The notes below the pieces were generated by a model. The model did not search any database. It was not told the DNA's origin and was given only the letters and a program-made list of their open reading frames with translations. From positions 1 through 28,629 of the forward strand of contig JAHIEB010000039.1 of assembly GCA_018894075.1 (NCBI GenBank): a stretch of 28,629 bases of DNA, in the 5' to 3' direction. Positions 9,774 to 18,227 of this stretch are shown here, piece after piece. Origin of the DNA: Patescibacteria group bacterium. GTDB lineage: Bacteria > Patescibacteriota > Minisyncoccia > Minisyncoccales > Staskawiczbacteraceae. Both the position numbers and the translations under genes were made by a program. Within the stretch, counting starts at the first letter, position 1. The number at the start of each line of letters is the position of its first letter.

Positions 9774-9860
9774 ATTTTTCATTATTATACCAGATATATT
9801 GAAAAGAATGAAATAATCTGATAGGCTCAAATTAGCACATAATAGAAAGGAGAGTGCTGA

Positions 9861-10745
9861 ATGATCAGAGTGATTGATGGAGGCGGAAATGGATTCCGCC
9901 GGGCAGACGTGGACGGAATCAGCGTTTACGATATAAAGAAAACAGAAAAAGGAGAAATCAACAACCCCGAAGAGCTGGTGGCTTTTGCGACTGCATCTCT
10001 CCCGCGAGGATATGAAGGCATCTGCTATGTCGTGGCAGGCGAGGTATCGCACGGGGTAGTGGTCAGGTCCCCGCAGATTCCCTGGCTGAACGGCGTTGAT
10101 CTAGCCGAAAGAACCGGCATTATGAGGACAGTGGTTGCCAATGATATGGACGGGGCAGCTATGGGCATGTGGATGCTCGAGCACCCCGTGTATTTTTTGG
10201 CTATGACCTGGAGTTCTGGCATCGGCCTTAGGGTTGTCAAGGGCGGCCAGATCCTGGCTAGCTCTGAAGCAGGCCACATTCCTCTGGATCTCTCTCCCTT
10301 TGCTCCTCTGTGCGGATGTGGACAAAGGGGGTGCGCTGAATCCATCCTGGGAGGAGAGGCGGTCATGCGGCGCGTCATTGCCGAGGTGGCTGTTCGGGGA
10401 GAGGTCATCCCTGATAATCTCCACCCCTGTGCATTTTTGGACCAGGAGTTTGACAAGGACAATCCTTGGGCTACTGATCTGTATGACCGAATCGCGCTTG
10501 GCATGGCCATTGTTTTGGCAAGCTATGTGAGCATTCTCCGGCCGGGTTTGATCATCTGGAAGGGGAGTTTTGCCAAGGCTGCGTTGCCTCGGATTGCGGA
10601 CTCAATCCGCAACCATCTGCGATCAAAGCTCATGAACCCTGTTTGGGCTGACGATCTGGCATTCTGGTTTTCTCCCGAACCGGATAGAGATTCCTTAATC
10701 GGGGGAGCGGTCCTTTTTGAGCAGCGGAAGGGACTAATTATCTAA
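9861..10745 (+). CDS. ROK family protein (putative sugar kinase), divergent and GC-rich
   Basis: IDGGG, VANDMDGAAMG, EAGH and CGCGQRGCAE Zn motif; AGGAG SD upstream. Confidence 0.88.
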   Translation: MIRVIDGGGNGFRRADVDGISVYDIKKTEKGEINNPEELVAFATASLPRGYEGICYVVAGEVSHGVVVRSPQIPWLNGVDLAERTGIMRTVVANDMDGAAMGMWMLEHPVYFLAMTWSSGIGLRVVKGGQILASSEAGHIPLDLSPFAPLCGCGQRGCAESILGGEAVMRRVIAEVAVRGEVIPDNLHPCAFLDQEFDKDNPWATDLYDRIALGMAIVLASYVSILRPGLIIWKGSFAKAALPRIADSIRNHLRSKLMNPVWADDLAFWFSPEPDRDSLIGGAVLFEQRKGLII

Positions 10746-10750
10746 AGAAC

Positions 10751-10778
10751 AAGCGAGTGGACGACCACTCGCTTTTTT
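10751..10778 (+). terminator. Intrinsic terminator of the ROK gene
   Basis: AAGCGAGTGG-ACGA-CCACTCGCTT then T run. Confidence 0.85.
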
Positions 10779-10812
10779 ATTTTTTTGTGCTATCATTACA
10801 TAATGGTCTCTT

Positions 10813-10884
10813 GCCCCCGTAGTTCAATGGATAGAACGAGAGACTCCTAAGCTCTAGATCGAGGTTCGATTCCTCGCGGGGGCA
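10813..10884 (+). tRNA. tRNA-Arg(CCT)
   Basis: GCCCCCG/CGGGGGC acceptor stem, CTCCTAA loop, GGTTCGATTCC. Confidence 0.93.
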
Positions 10885-10908
10885 CTTTAAAGCCCCTTAA
10901 TTAAAAAC

Positions 10909-11271
10909 ATGGATTCGCCCCAGAAAAGAACAAAGATAAAGAAGTTTTTTTCAGTAGCTGTCCTGGCTGGTTCAATCTACGCCTCTTTTTTGTTCGCCGG
11001 CGGTTTAATCCTAGGCTATTGGGTCACAAGGCGGTTCTATAAGAAATTCATTGAAAGAGGGCCCTTAAAGCACATATACGTTGAAATTAAGGGATGGAAA
11101 ATACACCTCCACCACTGGATTTCAGGGACCATTCTTCTGCTAGCTCTTTTAATAGCAGGAGTTGAATTCGGAGACCATAGGCTTTTCTTGGGATTATTGT
11201 GCGGAGTGATAGCTCATGATATTTACGATTTTAACGATTGGCCGCATATAATTGAGAAAAAAGCCCAATAG
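10909..11271 (+). CDS. Hypothetical membrane protein (about 3 TM segments, LHHW motif)
   Basis: 120-aa ORF with hydrophobic segments between two tRNAs. Confidence 0.75.
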   Translation: MDSPQKRTKIKKFFSVAVLAGSIYASFLFAGGLILGYWVTRRFYKKFIERGPLKHIYVEIKGWKIHLHHWISGTILLLALLIAGVEFGDHRLFLGLLCGVIAHDIYDFNDWPHIIEKKAQ

Positions 11272-11278
11272 TGCGGCT

Positions 11279-11365
11279 GGTGGGGTGCCAGAGAGGCTGA
11301 ATGGGCCGCACTCGAAATGCGGTATGCCCGTAAGGGTATCAGAGGTTCAAATCCTCTCCCCACCG
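11279..11365 (+). tRNA. tRNA-Ser(CGA)
   Basis: GGTGGGG/CCCCACC acceptor stem, CCGCA-CTCGAAA-TGCGG, long variable arm, G73. Confidence 0.95.
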
Positions 11366-11378
11366 CAGATAAAAATAT

Positions 11379-11861
11379 ATGATTACCCTTTCAGCAGAAT
11401 TTTTTTTGTTCTCTTCGGCAGTATTATTGTTTTTGCTTATTGATATCGTCTTTTTAGTTTGGTTTTGGAAGCTGAAGAAAAAAGCAAAAATGTTCTTTGA
11501 GGGGAAAAAGATAAAGGACGTTGAAGATGTTTTAACCAACCAAATGCAAAAAACAAAGAAGTTGGAGGCCGAATGTGTGAATCTGCAAAACAAGGCAAAC
11601 AGTCAGGCCAGCATTTCAGAAAAAACATTCCAGAAAATAGGGGTGGTAAGATTTAATCCTTTCAGCGATATGGGTGGAAACCAGAGTTTTGCCGTCACCC
11701 TGCTGGACCAGAAGAACAACGGCGTGATACTATCCAGCTTGTTCATTGCGGAGGGAAACAGGGTTTATGCAAAATCAATAAGGGCTGGGCAGTCAGATTA
11801 TCCTTTGTCAAAGGAGGAAAAAGAATCATTAGAAAAAGCAATAAATGGACAAAAGAAATAA
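11379..11861 (+). CDS. DUF4446 family protein
   Basis: N-terminal TM helix, coiled coil, QKIGVVRFNPFSDMGGNQSFAVTLLD. Confidence 0.85.
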   Translation: MITLSAEFFLFSSAVLLFLLIDIVFLVWFWKLKKKAKMFFEGKKIKDVEDVLTNQMQKTKKLEAECVNLQNKANSQASISEKTFQKIGVVRFNPFSDMGGNQSFAVTLLDQKNNGVILSSLFIAEGNRVYAKSIRAGQSDYPLSKEEKESLEKAINGQKK

Positions 11862-13332
11862 TAAAAAAAGAGCTCCCGTGGTAGTTGTTTTGGGCCATGT
11901 TGACCACGGCAAGTCCTCGCTTTTGGAAGCGATCAGGGATTTTGAGATTACTTCTAAAGAATCGGGGGGCATAACCCAGCATGTGGGAGCATATGAAGTG
12001 GATCATAAAGATCAAAAGATTACCTTTATTGACACCCCCGGCCACGAGGCTTTTTCTGCAATAAGGGCCAGGGGAGCCCAAGTTGCTGATATTGCCGTAC
12101 TGGTGGTGGATTCAGCCGACTCTGTCCAGCCACAAACAAAAGAGGCAATAACTGTTATCAATAAAGCCGAGATTCCTATGATTGTTGCCTTGAATAAGAT
12201 TGACAAACCAACAGCTGATCCAGAGAAGATAAAAAGAGAGCTTTCTGCCCAGAATGTTTTTGTAGAATCAATGGGAGGAAAGGTACCTAGTGTTAATATA
12301 TCAGCCAAGACCAAAGAAGGAATGAACGAACTGCTTGATTTAATACTATTAGTGGCAGATTTAGAGGCCTTAGAGGCAGATGTTGAATCTCCCGCAGAAG
12401 GAGTTGTAATAGAATCCAACACAGATAGCTTCAGGGGGCCAGCAGCAACCTTGCTTGTCCAAAAAGGCACATTGAAGATAAAAGATGTCATAGGAACAGA
12501 TACTGCCTGCGCGAAGATTAAAGGACTAGAAGATTTTCAAGGAAGGGCCATAAAGAAAGCCATTCCTTCCCAGCCCACTATTGTTTTGGGTTTTGACAAA
12601 GCTCCATGGGTTGGAGAAAAGTTTCAGACCTTTGACAGCCTAGACCAGGCTGCCGGCAACATGAAGGAAGTCAAAAGAGCCGACCTCTCTTTTTCTCTTA
12701 AAGAAGGCCAGAAAGTTTTAAACATTATCTTAAAAGCAGATGTGGTAGGGTCTTTAGAGGCCCTAGTTGAGATACTAAAGGAACTGCCTCAAGAGAAGGT
12801 AGCTTTAAGAATTTTAAAGAGCGAGATAGGGGATATTGTCGAGTCTGATACAAAAGTGGCCGAAACGTCTAAAGCCCAAATAGTGGGTTTTAGAGTGAAG
12901 GTAAACCCTGGTGTTTTACAGGCAATGAGAAAAGACAAAGAAAAGAGGGTAAAGATTAAAACTTTTGATGTGATATATAATCTGGTTCAGGAGGTCAGGC
13001 AGATGATGGAAAAAAATATAGCGCCAGAGGTTGTAAGGCAGGATATAGGGAAGATGAAGACTCTGGTGGTTTTTTGGGCAGAAGGCAGAAGACAAATCGT
13101 GGGAGGAAAAGTCTTTGAAGGAGAATTTAAAAAAGGATTAAAGCTCGAGGTCCAAAGAAATTCTGAAAAAGTAGGCGAAGGAAAGATTATAAACCTGCAG
13201 AGGAATAAAAAAGACGTGGACAGGGCCATAAAGGGAGATGAATGCGGTATTTTATTTGAAGGTTCTGTTAAAATAGAAGAAGGCGACATCATAGTTGCTT
13301 TTTCTGAAGAGAGGGTGAGAGACACTTTATGA
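11845..13332 (+). CDS. infB: Translation initiation factor IF-2 (short form, no N-terminal domain)
   Basis: GHVDHGKS, GGITQHVGAY, DTPGHEAF, NKID; C-terminal ECGI motif. Confidence 0.97.
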   Translation: MDKRNNKKRAPVVVVLGHVDHGKSSLLEAIRDFEITSKESGGITQHVGAYEVDHKDQKITFIDTPGHEAFSAIRARGAQVADIAVLVVDSADSVQPQTKEAITVINKAEIPMIVALNKIDKPTADPEKIKRELSAQNVFVESMGGKVPSVNISAKTKEGMNELLDLILLVADLEALEADVESPAEGVVIESNTDSFRGPAATLLVQKGTLKIKDVIGTDTACAKIKGLEDFQGRAIKKAIPSQPTIVLGFDKAPWVGEKFQTFDSLDQAAGNMKEVKRADLSFSLKEGQKVLNIILKADVVGSLEALVEILKELPQEKVALRILKSEIGDIVESDTKVAETSKAQIVGFRVKVNPGVLQAMRKDKEKRVKIKTFDVIYNLVQEVRQMMEKNIAPEVVRQDIGKMKTLVVFWAEGRRQIVGGKVFEGEFKKGLKLEVQRNSEKVGEGKIINLQRNKKDVDRAIKGDECGILFEGSVKIEEGDIIVAFSEERVRDTL

Positions 13333-13673
13333 GCAAAAAAGTAGAAAAGGTAAATTCTCTGATTCAAAGAGAGCTTGGGAGCATACTCTTAAAGGATGTT
13401 GAGTTCCCGCAAGGGTCTTTGGTCACTATTACCAGGGTTGAGACCTCAATAGATTTAATCAATGCCAGGGTATATATTTCTGTCCTGCCCCAGGAAGGAG
13501 CAAAAAGAGTATTAGAGATTTTAGGAAAGCTCGTTTTCTTTTTACAGAAAAGAATAAATAAGAGGCTTAAAATGAGGCCTATACCGAAGATACGGTTTAT
13601 TGAGGAAAAAGAGACTGGCAAAGCCGCCAGGATAGAAAGCATTTTAGAGGATATAAGGAATCAAGAAGGTTGA
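13329..13673 (+). CDS. rbfA: 30S ribosome-binding factor RbfA
   Basis: Follows infB; VTITRVETS.DL..ARVYISV and MRPIPKIRF motifs. Confidence 0.93.
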   Translation: MSKKVEKVNSLIQRELGSILLKDVEFPQGSLVTITRVETSIDLINARVYISVLPQEGAKRVLEILGKLVFFLQKRINKRLKMRPIPKIRFIEEKETGKAARIESILEDIRNQEG

Positions 13674-13697
13674 AAAAAATAGAATTAAAAAATATTT

Positions 13698-14498
13698 ATG
13701 TTTTCTTTGGACCCTCGAGGGGGGCATAATCGATATAATTTTAAGATCGATTTCTTTGAAAAGTGGACGCCGGAGATGGCCTATGTTTTAGGCTTTTTAT
13801 ATGCAGATGGGTATATTGAAGATGCGGGAAAATCATCAAGGACTCAATATATATCTTTTGGCAGCAAAGACAAAGAGATTATCGAGTTAATAAGATCGGT
13901 ATTAGGATCTAAGCACATAATAAATTATAGAATTCCTAGCAAGGTTTTTTTCCCTGGCGGAAAAACGTATAAATGTGCCGAATTCTATAAATTAAGGATC
14001 GGCAGTAAGAAATGGTTCAGAGATCTTTTGCGGTTAGGGCTTGTCCCAAAAAAATCACTAATAATAAAATTCCCAAATAACATCCCCGATAAATATTTCG
14101 GACATTTCGTCCGAGGATACTTTGACGGAGATGGATGTGTCACTATTAAAAGAGGCAGGGGCGCAAGAGGGCAGACGATTCTAAAGGGAGTAGCCGTCAT
14201 TTTTACTAGCGGGAGCAGACTCTTTTTAGAGGGGTTAAGGAACCGGGCGCATCAAATTGTTGGTTTTAGGAAAAGGATTGTTTATTACGGTAGCCGTAGC
14301 AGGGCATGCTATTTGAAATATAATACGGCCGAAAGCGTGAGATGGTTCCAACTTTTTTATGGCGATTGCTTCAACCTATTTTTAAAAAGAAAATATAATG
14401 TCTTCCAAAAATACTTTCAATTGCGCCCAGTTAGGATTGACAAAGAGACAGCAAAGATATTGAATAAAGGATCATGGCCAGGTATCCAAGTAGTTTAA
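13698..14498 (+). CDS. Free-standing two-motif LAGLIDADG endonuclease-like protein; last 23 nt overlap tRNA-Cys
   Basis: AYVLGFLYADGYI and HFVRGYFDGDGCV motifs, LGLVPKKSL linker, FTSGS. Confidence 0.88.
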   Translation: MFSLDPRGGHNRYNFKIDFFEKWTPEMAYVLGFLYADGYIEDAGKSSRTQYISFGSKDKEIIELIRSVLGSKHIINYRIPSKVFFPGGKTYKCAEFYKLRIGSKKWFRDLLRLGLVPKKSLIIKFPNNIPDKYFGHFVRGYFDGDGCVTIKRGRGARGQTILKGVAVIFTSGSRLFLEGLRNRAHQIVGFRKRIVYYGSRSRACYLKYNTAESVRWFQLFYGDCFNLFLKRKYNVFQKYFQLRPVRIDKETAKILNKGSWPGIQVV

Positions 14499-14549
14499 GG
14501 AGACGGTCTGCAAAACCGTTATACGCGGGTGCAATTCCCGCCCTGGCCT
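14476..14549 (+). tRNA. tRNA-Cys(GCA)
   Basis: GGCCAGG/CCTGGCC acceptor stem, ACGGT-CTGCAAA-ACCGT, U73, T-loop TGCAATT. Confidence 0.93.
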
Positions 14550-14556
14550 CAAGTTT

Positions 14557-14639
14557 GCCCGGATGGCGGAATGGCATACGCACAACACTTAAAATGTTGC
14601 GAGGTTTTCCTCATGCGAGTTCGACTCTCGCTCCGGGCA
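14557..14639 (+). tRNA. tRNA-Leu(TAA)
   Basis: GCCCGGA/TCCGGGC acceptor stem, CAACA-CTTAAAA-TGTTG, long variable arm. Confidence 0.95.
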
Positions 14640-14706
14640 CACGCGTTTTTAACTATTTTTGTTCATAAATTTTCTCGATTTTGGCAAAAACAAGTCACGA
14701 GTCGAG

Positions 14707-14732
14707 CCACCTTTTGATTGAGGTGGTTTTTA
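14707..14732 (+). repeat. Copy 1 of a 26-nt hairpin repeat (terminator-like)
   Basis: CCACCTTTTGATTGAGGTGGTTTTTA; 24/26 identical to 20077-20102. Confidence 0.7.
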
Positions 14733-14853
14733 TTTACCGAAAATCCCTTGCTCTGCAATTAAAACATGAGGGGCTGTGGTGTGGGGATATTATTTCTCAA
14801 GAAAGTTTTACATAAGCGGAAATAATCTGATTAAATTTTTAACTATGCAAACG

Positions 14854-14880
14854 AAAAGCCCGAGGCACCCCGGGCTTTTT
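14854..14880. terminator. Bidirectional terminator-like hairpin
   Basis: AAAAGCCCG-AGGCACCC-CGGGCTTTTT. Confidence 0.7.
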
Positions 14881-14955
14881 GATTTTACAATGATTATCTT
14901 GGGCTGAAATTATCAAAATAATCTTTAAAATATTTAATCACCCCCCCCCTTTTCG

Positions 14956-15645
14956 TCAGCGGGTATTTTTTCGGGTTCTTTTTTCTTTTAAGTCTAACAC
15001 CCCCCTAATCCCCGCTGAATCGACTCTGTCTTTCTTATTTAATTCCGCAATTTCTTCTTTTGATAATCTACTATCCGATCCGCTTCTGTCTTTATCGGTC
15101 GATGCCCCTATGCGTCTTTGTTTTTCGGCGAACAAAGCATCCCTAACGGCTCTCTGCTCATCCCATTGATTTTTCATCTCCGGAGTCATTCTTTTCCCAA
15201 GCCTTGCTTTAGTTTGTAGTACGCCCTCAATATATTTAAGTGCATCGTCAACTCCTTCCACTTCTGGTCTGTCTGCACCTAAAACAATATTCTCTATCGC
15301 AAGAGCAGATCTTTTATCTCCCCTTTTACCCGATTCAGACAATGCTTTTGCATATCCAATAATAGCACCCTTTGCTTCTGAAAAACTTAATGGCGTAGCG
15401 CCATTTTTATCCCTTTCGGCCAGATTTGCCTCAACGACTATTTCTCTAACCGCATCGTGCCAAAAACCATTTTTCTCCAGAATACATTGTCCAGCGTCAT
15501 ATCTTTCGTTAGCAAAATCATAACCAGCTTCGCTTAATGCCTTGTGATTTTGTGGCTGCTTAACTCTGTCTAAAACACCCTGCATTTTAAGAGCAATTTC
15601 TTCGCTTTTATGTTGCTCCGAAGAGCTTGTTTCTGGTGATTGCAT
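14956..15645 (-). CDS. Hypothetical charged helical protein (229 aa)
   Basis: Long ORF with AT-rich upstream region; no recognised family. Confidence 0.75.
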   Translation of the reverse strand: MQSPETSSSEQHKSEEIALKMQGVLDRVKQPQNHKALSEAGYDFANERYDAGQCILEKNGFWHDAVREIVVEANLAERDKNGATPLSFSEAKGAIIGYAKALSESGKRGDKRSALAIENIVLGADRPEVEGVDDALKYIEGVLQTKARLGKRMTPEMKNQWDEQRAVRDALFAEKQRRIGASTDKDRSGSDSRLSKEEIAELNKKDRVDSAGIRGVLDLKEKRTRKNTR

Positions 15646-15970
15646 ATTTTTTATTTTCTTTAATAATTTATGACAACTTTTTCAACTGATTCTTCTTGCA
15701 TTAATAGCAGCTAAAGCCCTTATTAAAATAATGACCGAAGGCTGGCACATTACCGAATATTCCCAACATTGTTTTAGTAATTAAGGTGTCACTCGGATTA
15801 TTTTTTTCTCCCAACGCAACGCCCAGCAAATAAATCAATAACATTTTTCTTATTTATTTTTCCATAATAACCATTTAGTTTTTACTTGATCTTAAAATTT
15901 ATCAAGTTATTTTTTATATTTTACTCTAAAATCAAGAAAAAGCAAAGTCGTAAAAAACCTATAATCAACA

Positions 15971-15998
15971 TTGAAAAATATCAAAATCTTAATATAAT
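15971..15998 (+). promoter_or_regulatory. Sigma70-type promoter
   Basis: TTGAAA, 16 nt, TATAAT. Confidence 0.55.
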
Positions 15999-16012
15999 TT
16001 AACCAAAATTAA

Positions 16013-16234
16013 AGAAAATTTAAAAGAGAAGTAGCAAAGTTTAACGAAAGAACCCGGGAACTCATCCAGCTTATAGAAAGATCAATATCTATTACGGAAT
16101 GTTTAGAAGTAGAATGGAAAAAACGGTTGGATAGAGACGAAGATTTTTACACTGACAAGGATAAAAATTTAAGTGTTTTCAGTTGGAAAAATTGGGAGCT
16201 CTCAAGACAAGAATGGATTGTACCTACAATATAA
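16013..16234 (+). pseudogene. Start-less 73-codon open frame, probable gene remnant
   Basis: RKFKREVAKFNERTRELIQLIERS...RQEWIVPTI*; in-frame TAA immediately upstream and no 5' ATG. Confidence 0.35.
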
Positions 16235-16288
16235 CCAATTCCTTCAGTTTATTCGTAACTACTTACTTAATAGAAGGAAGCCGAGGCA
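16212..16288. repeat. Copy A of a structured non-coding repeat of about 77 nt
   Basis: First 67 nt are 57/67 identical to 18943-19009; shared CGAGGCA tail. Confidence 0.85.
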
Positions 16289-16308
16289 AAGTAACAGTAG
16301 ATTAAAAC

Positions 16309-16343
16309 AAGCAACCCCCCCCTTTAATTTTTGGTGGCTTTTT
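16309..16343 (+). terminator. Degenerate CCACC/GGTGG-family hairpin plus T run
   Basis: AAGCAACC-(C)n-TTTAATTTTT-GGTGGCTTTTT. Confidence 0.45.
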
Positions 16344-16359
16344 GATAGAGTAAATCAAT

Positions 16360-17139
16360 ATGGACAACCAAAAAATATTTAATCAACAATATAAAAATCC
16401 TTCAAATTTTGTCAAACGGAGAGTATCACACGAAAAGTTTAGCACTAATAAATACAACTGGTACAAATATGTATTTGACCATTTTAATTTTTCTGCAAGG
16501 TGCAAAATTTTGGAACTCGGCTCGGGCTTAGGGACATTATGGCTCAATAATCAAGAAAGAATCCAGAAGGATTAGGATATTACATTATCTGATTCTTTCC
16601 AAGAAATATTAGATAAAGTGAAGGAAAATCTTAAGGAAGTAAACCATCCATTTAATTTTCAGCTGATAAGTGCTGAAAATATACCATACTCAGACGCTAC
16701 TTTTGATGGGGTAATTGCAAATGGCTTGCTTTATCTTGTCTCTGATTTAGAAAAAACGATAAAAGAAATAGCGCGTGTGATTAAATTTGGGGGAATGCTG
16801 ATTGCTTCAACCAGCGGTAGTAAATATATGAAAGAAGTAGAAGATTTAATTATAAAAACTGACCTTCCTATTCATAGAAATTATACTAAGCATTCTTTTT
16901 CTTTAGATAATGGGAAAGAATCACTTTCTCAAAATTTTTCCAGGGTTGAGGTTTTCCGTAAAGGAGATTCTTTATTAGTCACCGAAGCCGAGCCGCTTGC
17001 CGAGCATATTTTATCCACCAATGAAAATTTAAGCGAAGAACAAGTAAAACAGGTGCGTGTTTTTTTTGACGAATATTTTAAGAAAAATAAGCAGTTAAAA
17101 TTTACAATAGATACGGGCTTATGTATCGGAAAAAAATAA
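16360..17139 (+). pseudogene. Class I SAM-dependent methyltransferase interrupted by one in-frame TAG (16573-16575)
   Basis: ILELGSGLG motif I; the frame continues QKD*DITLSD..IPYSDATFDGVIAN; the two ORF-track pieces share one frame. Confidence 0.85.
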
Positions 17140-17168
17140 ATAAGGAGGTAATAAAATTTAATTAAAAT

Positions 17169-18203
17169 ATGGCAGAAAATATTGAATCTCGCTTAGGCTC
17201 CGAAGAGCCAGAAACCCCGGATCAAAAGAAGTTCCGAGAAGAACTGGGAGAGATGGCCGAAAAGGCAAGGCAAGAAGCAGCCGAAAGCCCCAAGCAGGAG
17301 GGGCTGGATTTGGCTGAATTAACAAAAAAAGAAAAAAAAGACCTTAAGCGCTGGCGTTCAGAGCAACAAAAAGGCGAAGTAGAGACAACTCCAAAAGATG
17401 TCCTGCCAGAAAATCCGGATTTAAAAAAACTTATGACTGCGGTAAAAAAGGGGGTCAAGAGAGCGAGAAGAGAAATAGCAAAAAACCCAAAAAAAGGGGG
17501 CTTGGACCTAGCAGAGGGGGAAGACGCAGAAAAGAAATGGAGAGAAGCCGAGAGAGAGGTCTCCCCAGAGTTTATTGAGGCGCTAGAGAAAACGCCACTT
17601 GGTCCAGAAAACCAGGTTTGGATTTTACTTACTAAGGCTGGATTAAAACCGGCGTCCTGGCTTGATAAAGATATTAAAAGAACGGAGCATGGAAAAGTAA
17701 CAGAGTTTTTAAAGAATGAAGAAGTCCACCAACTTGTTTCTTTTTTAGAAGCCTTTTTTCCTTGCGTAGTTGAGAAAAAAACCGTTGATATAGTAAAAAA
17801 TAGACGAGGAATTTGGGTTGGTGTCCCGTCCGAAAAAGGACGCAAAATCGGCGAGGAAGAAAGGTTGGATTTTATCATAGGTAGCAACAAAGAAAATTTA
17901 GAGAAAATTGTTTCAGCACTTGAGGCGAAAGATGATAGGAAAATTGGATTAGCACTTGGTTTTGAGCCGACGGCGGTAGAAGCTTTTTGCGGGAAAGGGA
18001 AACTTGTAGATAATGAGAAATTGCCAGACGAAGCTTTGTTTAGTGAGGCATTTGTATTTAGTCCCAGCAGGCTTTCGGCCGATAATTGGCTGAAAGAACT
18101 GGCCCAACATCAAAAATGGGCAGATTACGTAAAAAAAACAAGCCCAAGTCTGTTTAACAGAATGATGGGTTTTCAAAAAGAGGTAAAAAAAGAGGCAAAA
18201 TAA
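17169..18203 (+). CDS. Hypothetical protein (344 aa): charged, repetitive N-half and globular C-half (AGLKPA...LGFEPTAVEAF)
   Basis: Long ORF with plausible composition; family not confidently named. Confidence 0.8.
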   Translation: MAENIESRLGSEEPETPDQKKFREELGEMAEKARQEAAESPKQEGLDLAELTKKEKKDLKRWRSEQQKGEVETTPKDVLPENPDLKKLMTAVKKGVKRARREIAKNPKKGGLDLAEGEDAEKKWREAEREVSPEFIEALEKTPLGPENQVWILLTKAGLKPASWLDKDIKRTEHGKVTEFLKNEEVHQLVSFLEAFFPCVVEKKTVDIVKNRRGIWVGVPSEKGRKIGEEERLDFIIGSNKENLEKIVSALEAKDDRKIGLALGFEPTAVEAFCGKGKLVDNEKLPDEALFSEAFVFSPSRLSADNWLKELAQHQKWADYVKKTSPSLFNRMMGFQKEVKKEAK

Positions 18204-18227
18204 AAATACATTAATCAATTTTTATAT

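Noticed and set aside
9774-10052. Long N-terminal extension of htrA in the ORF track
   Set aside because: It is antisense to the ROK gene and lies upstream of an extended -10 element. The ORF-track extensions of nusA, rnc, ftsH, rpsA, the MBL gene and ORF 25040 were trimmed for similar reasons (promoter or SD position, homology start)
13698-14549. LAGLIDADG ORFs encoded inside tRNA introns
   Set aside because: Both tRNA-Cys and tRNA-Ile are complete and contiguous; no upstream half-tRNA exon or group I core was seen
14476-14700. tRNA 3'-end duplication (attL/attR) and an integrase for a classical integrative element
   Set aside because: No second copy of the tRNA-Leu or tRNA-Cys 3' end and no integrase ORF were found in the window
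15700-15870. 47-codon minus-strand ORF (MLLIYLLGVALGEK...) upstream of 14956-15645
   Set aside because: No recognisable motif or expression signal; an ORF this short is expected by chance
16573-16575. TAG reassignment or an alternative genetic code
   Set aside because: TAG terminates clpP, htrA and other genes, TGA terminates infB and rbfA, and conserved genes have no internal stops
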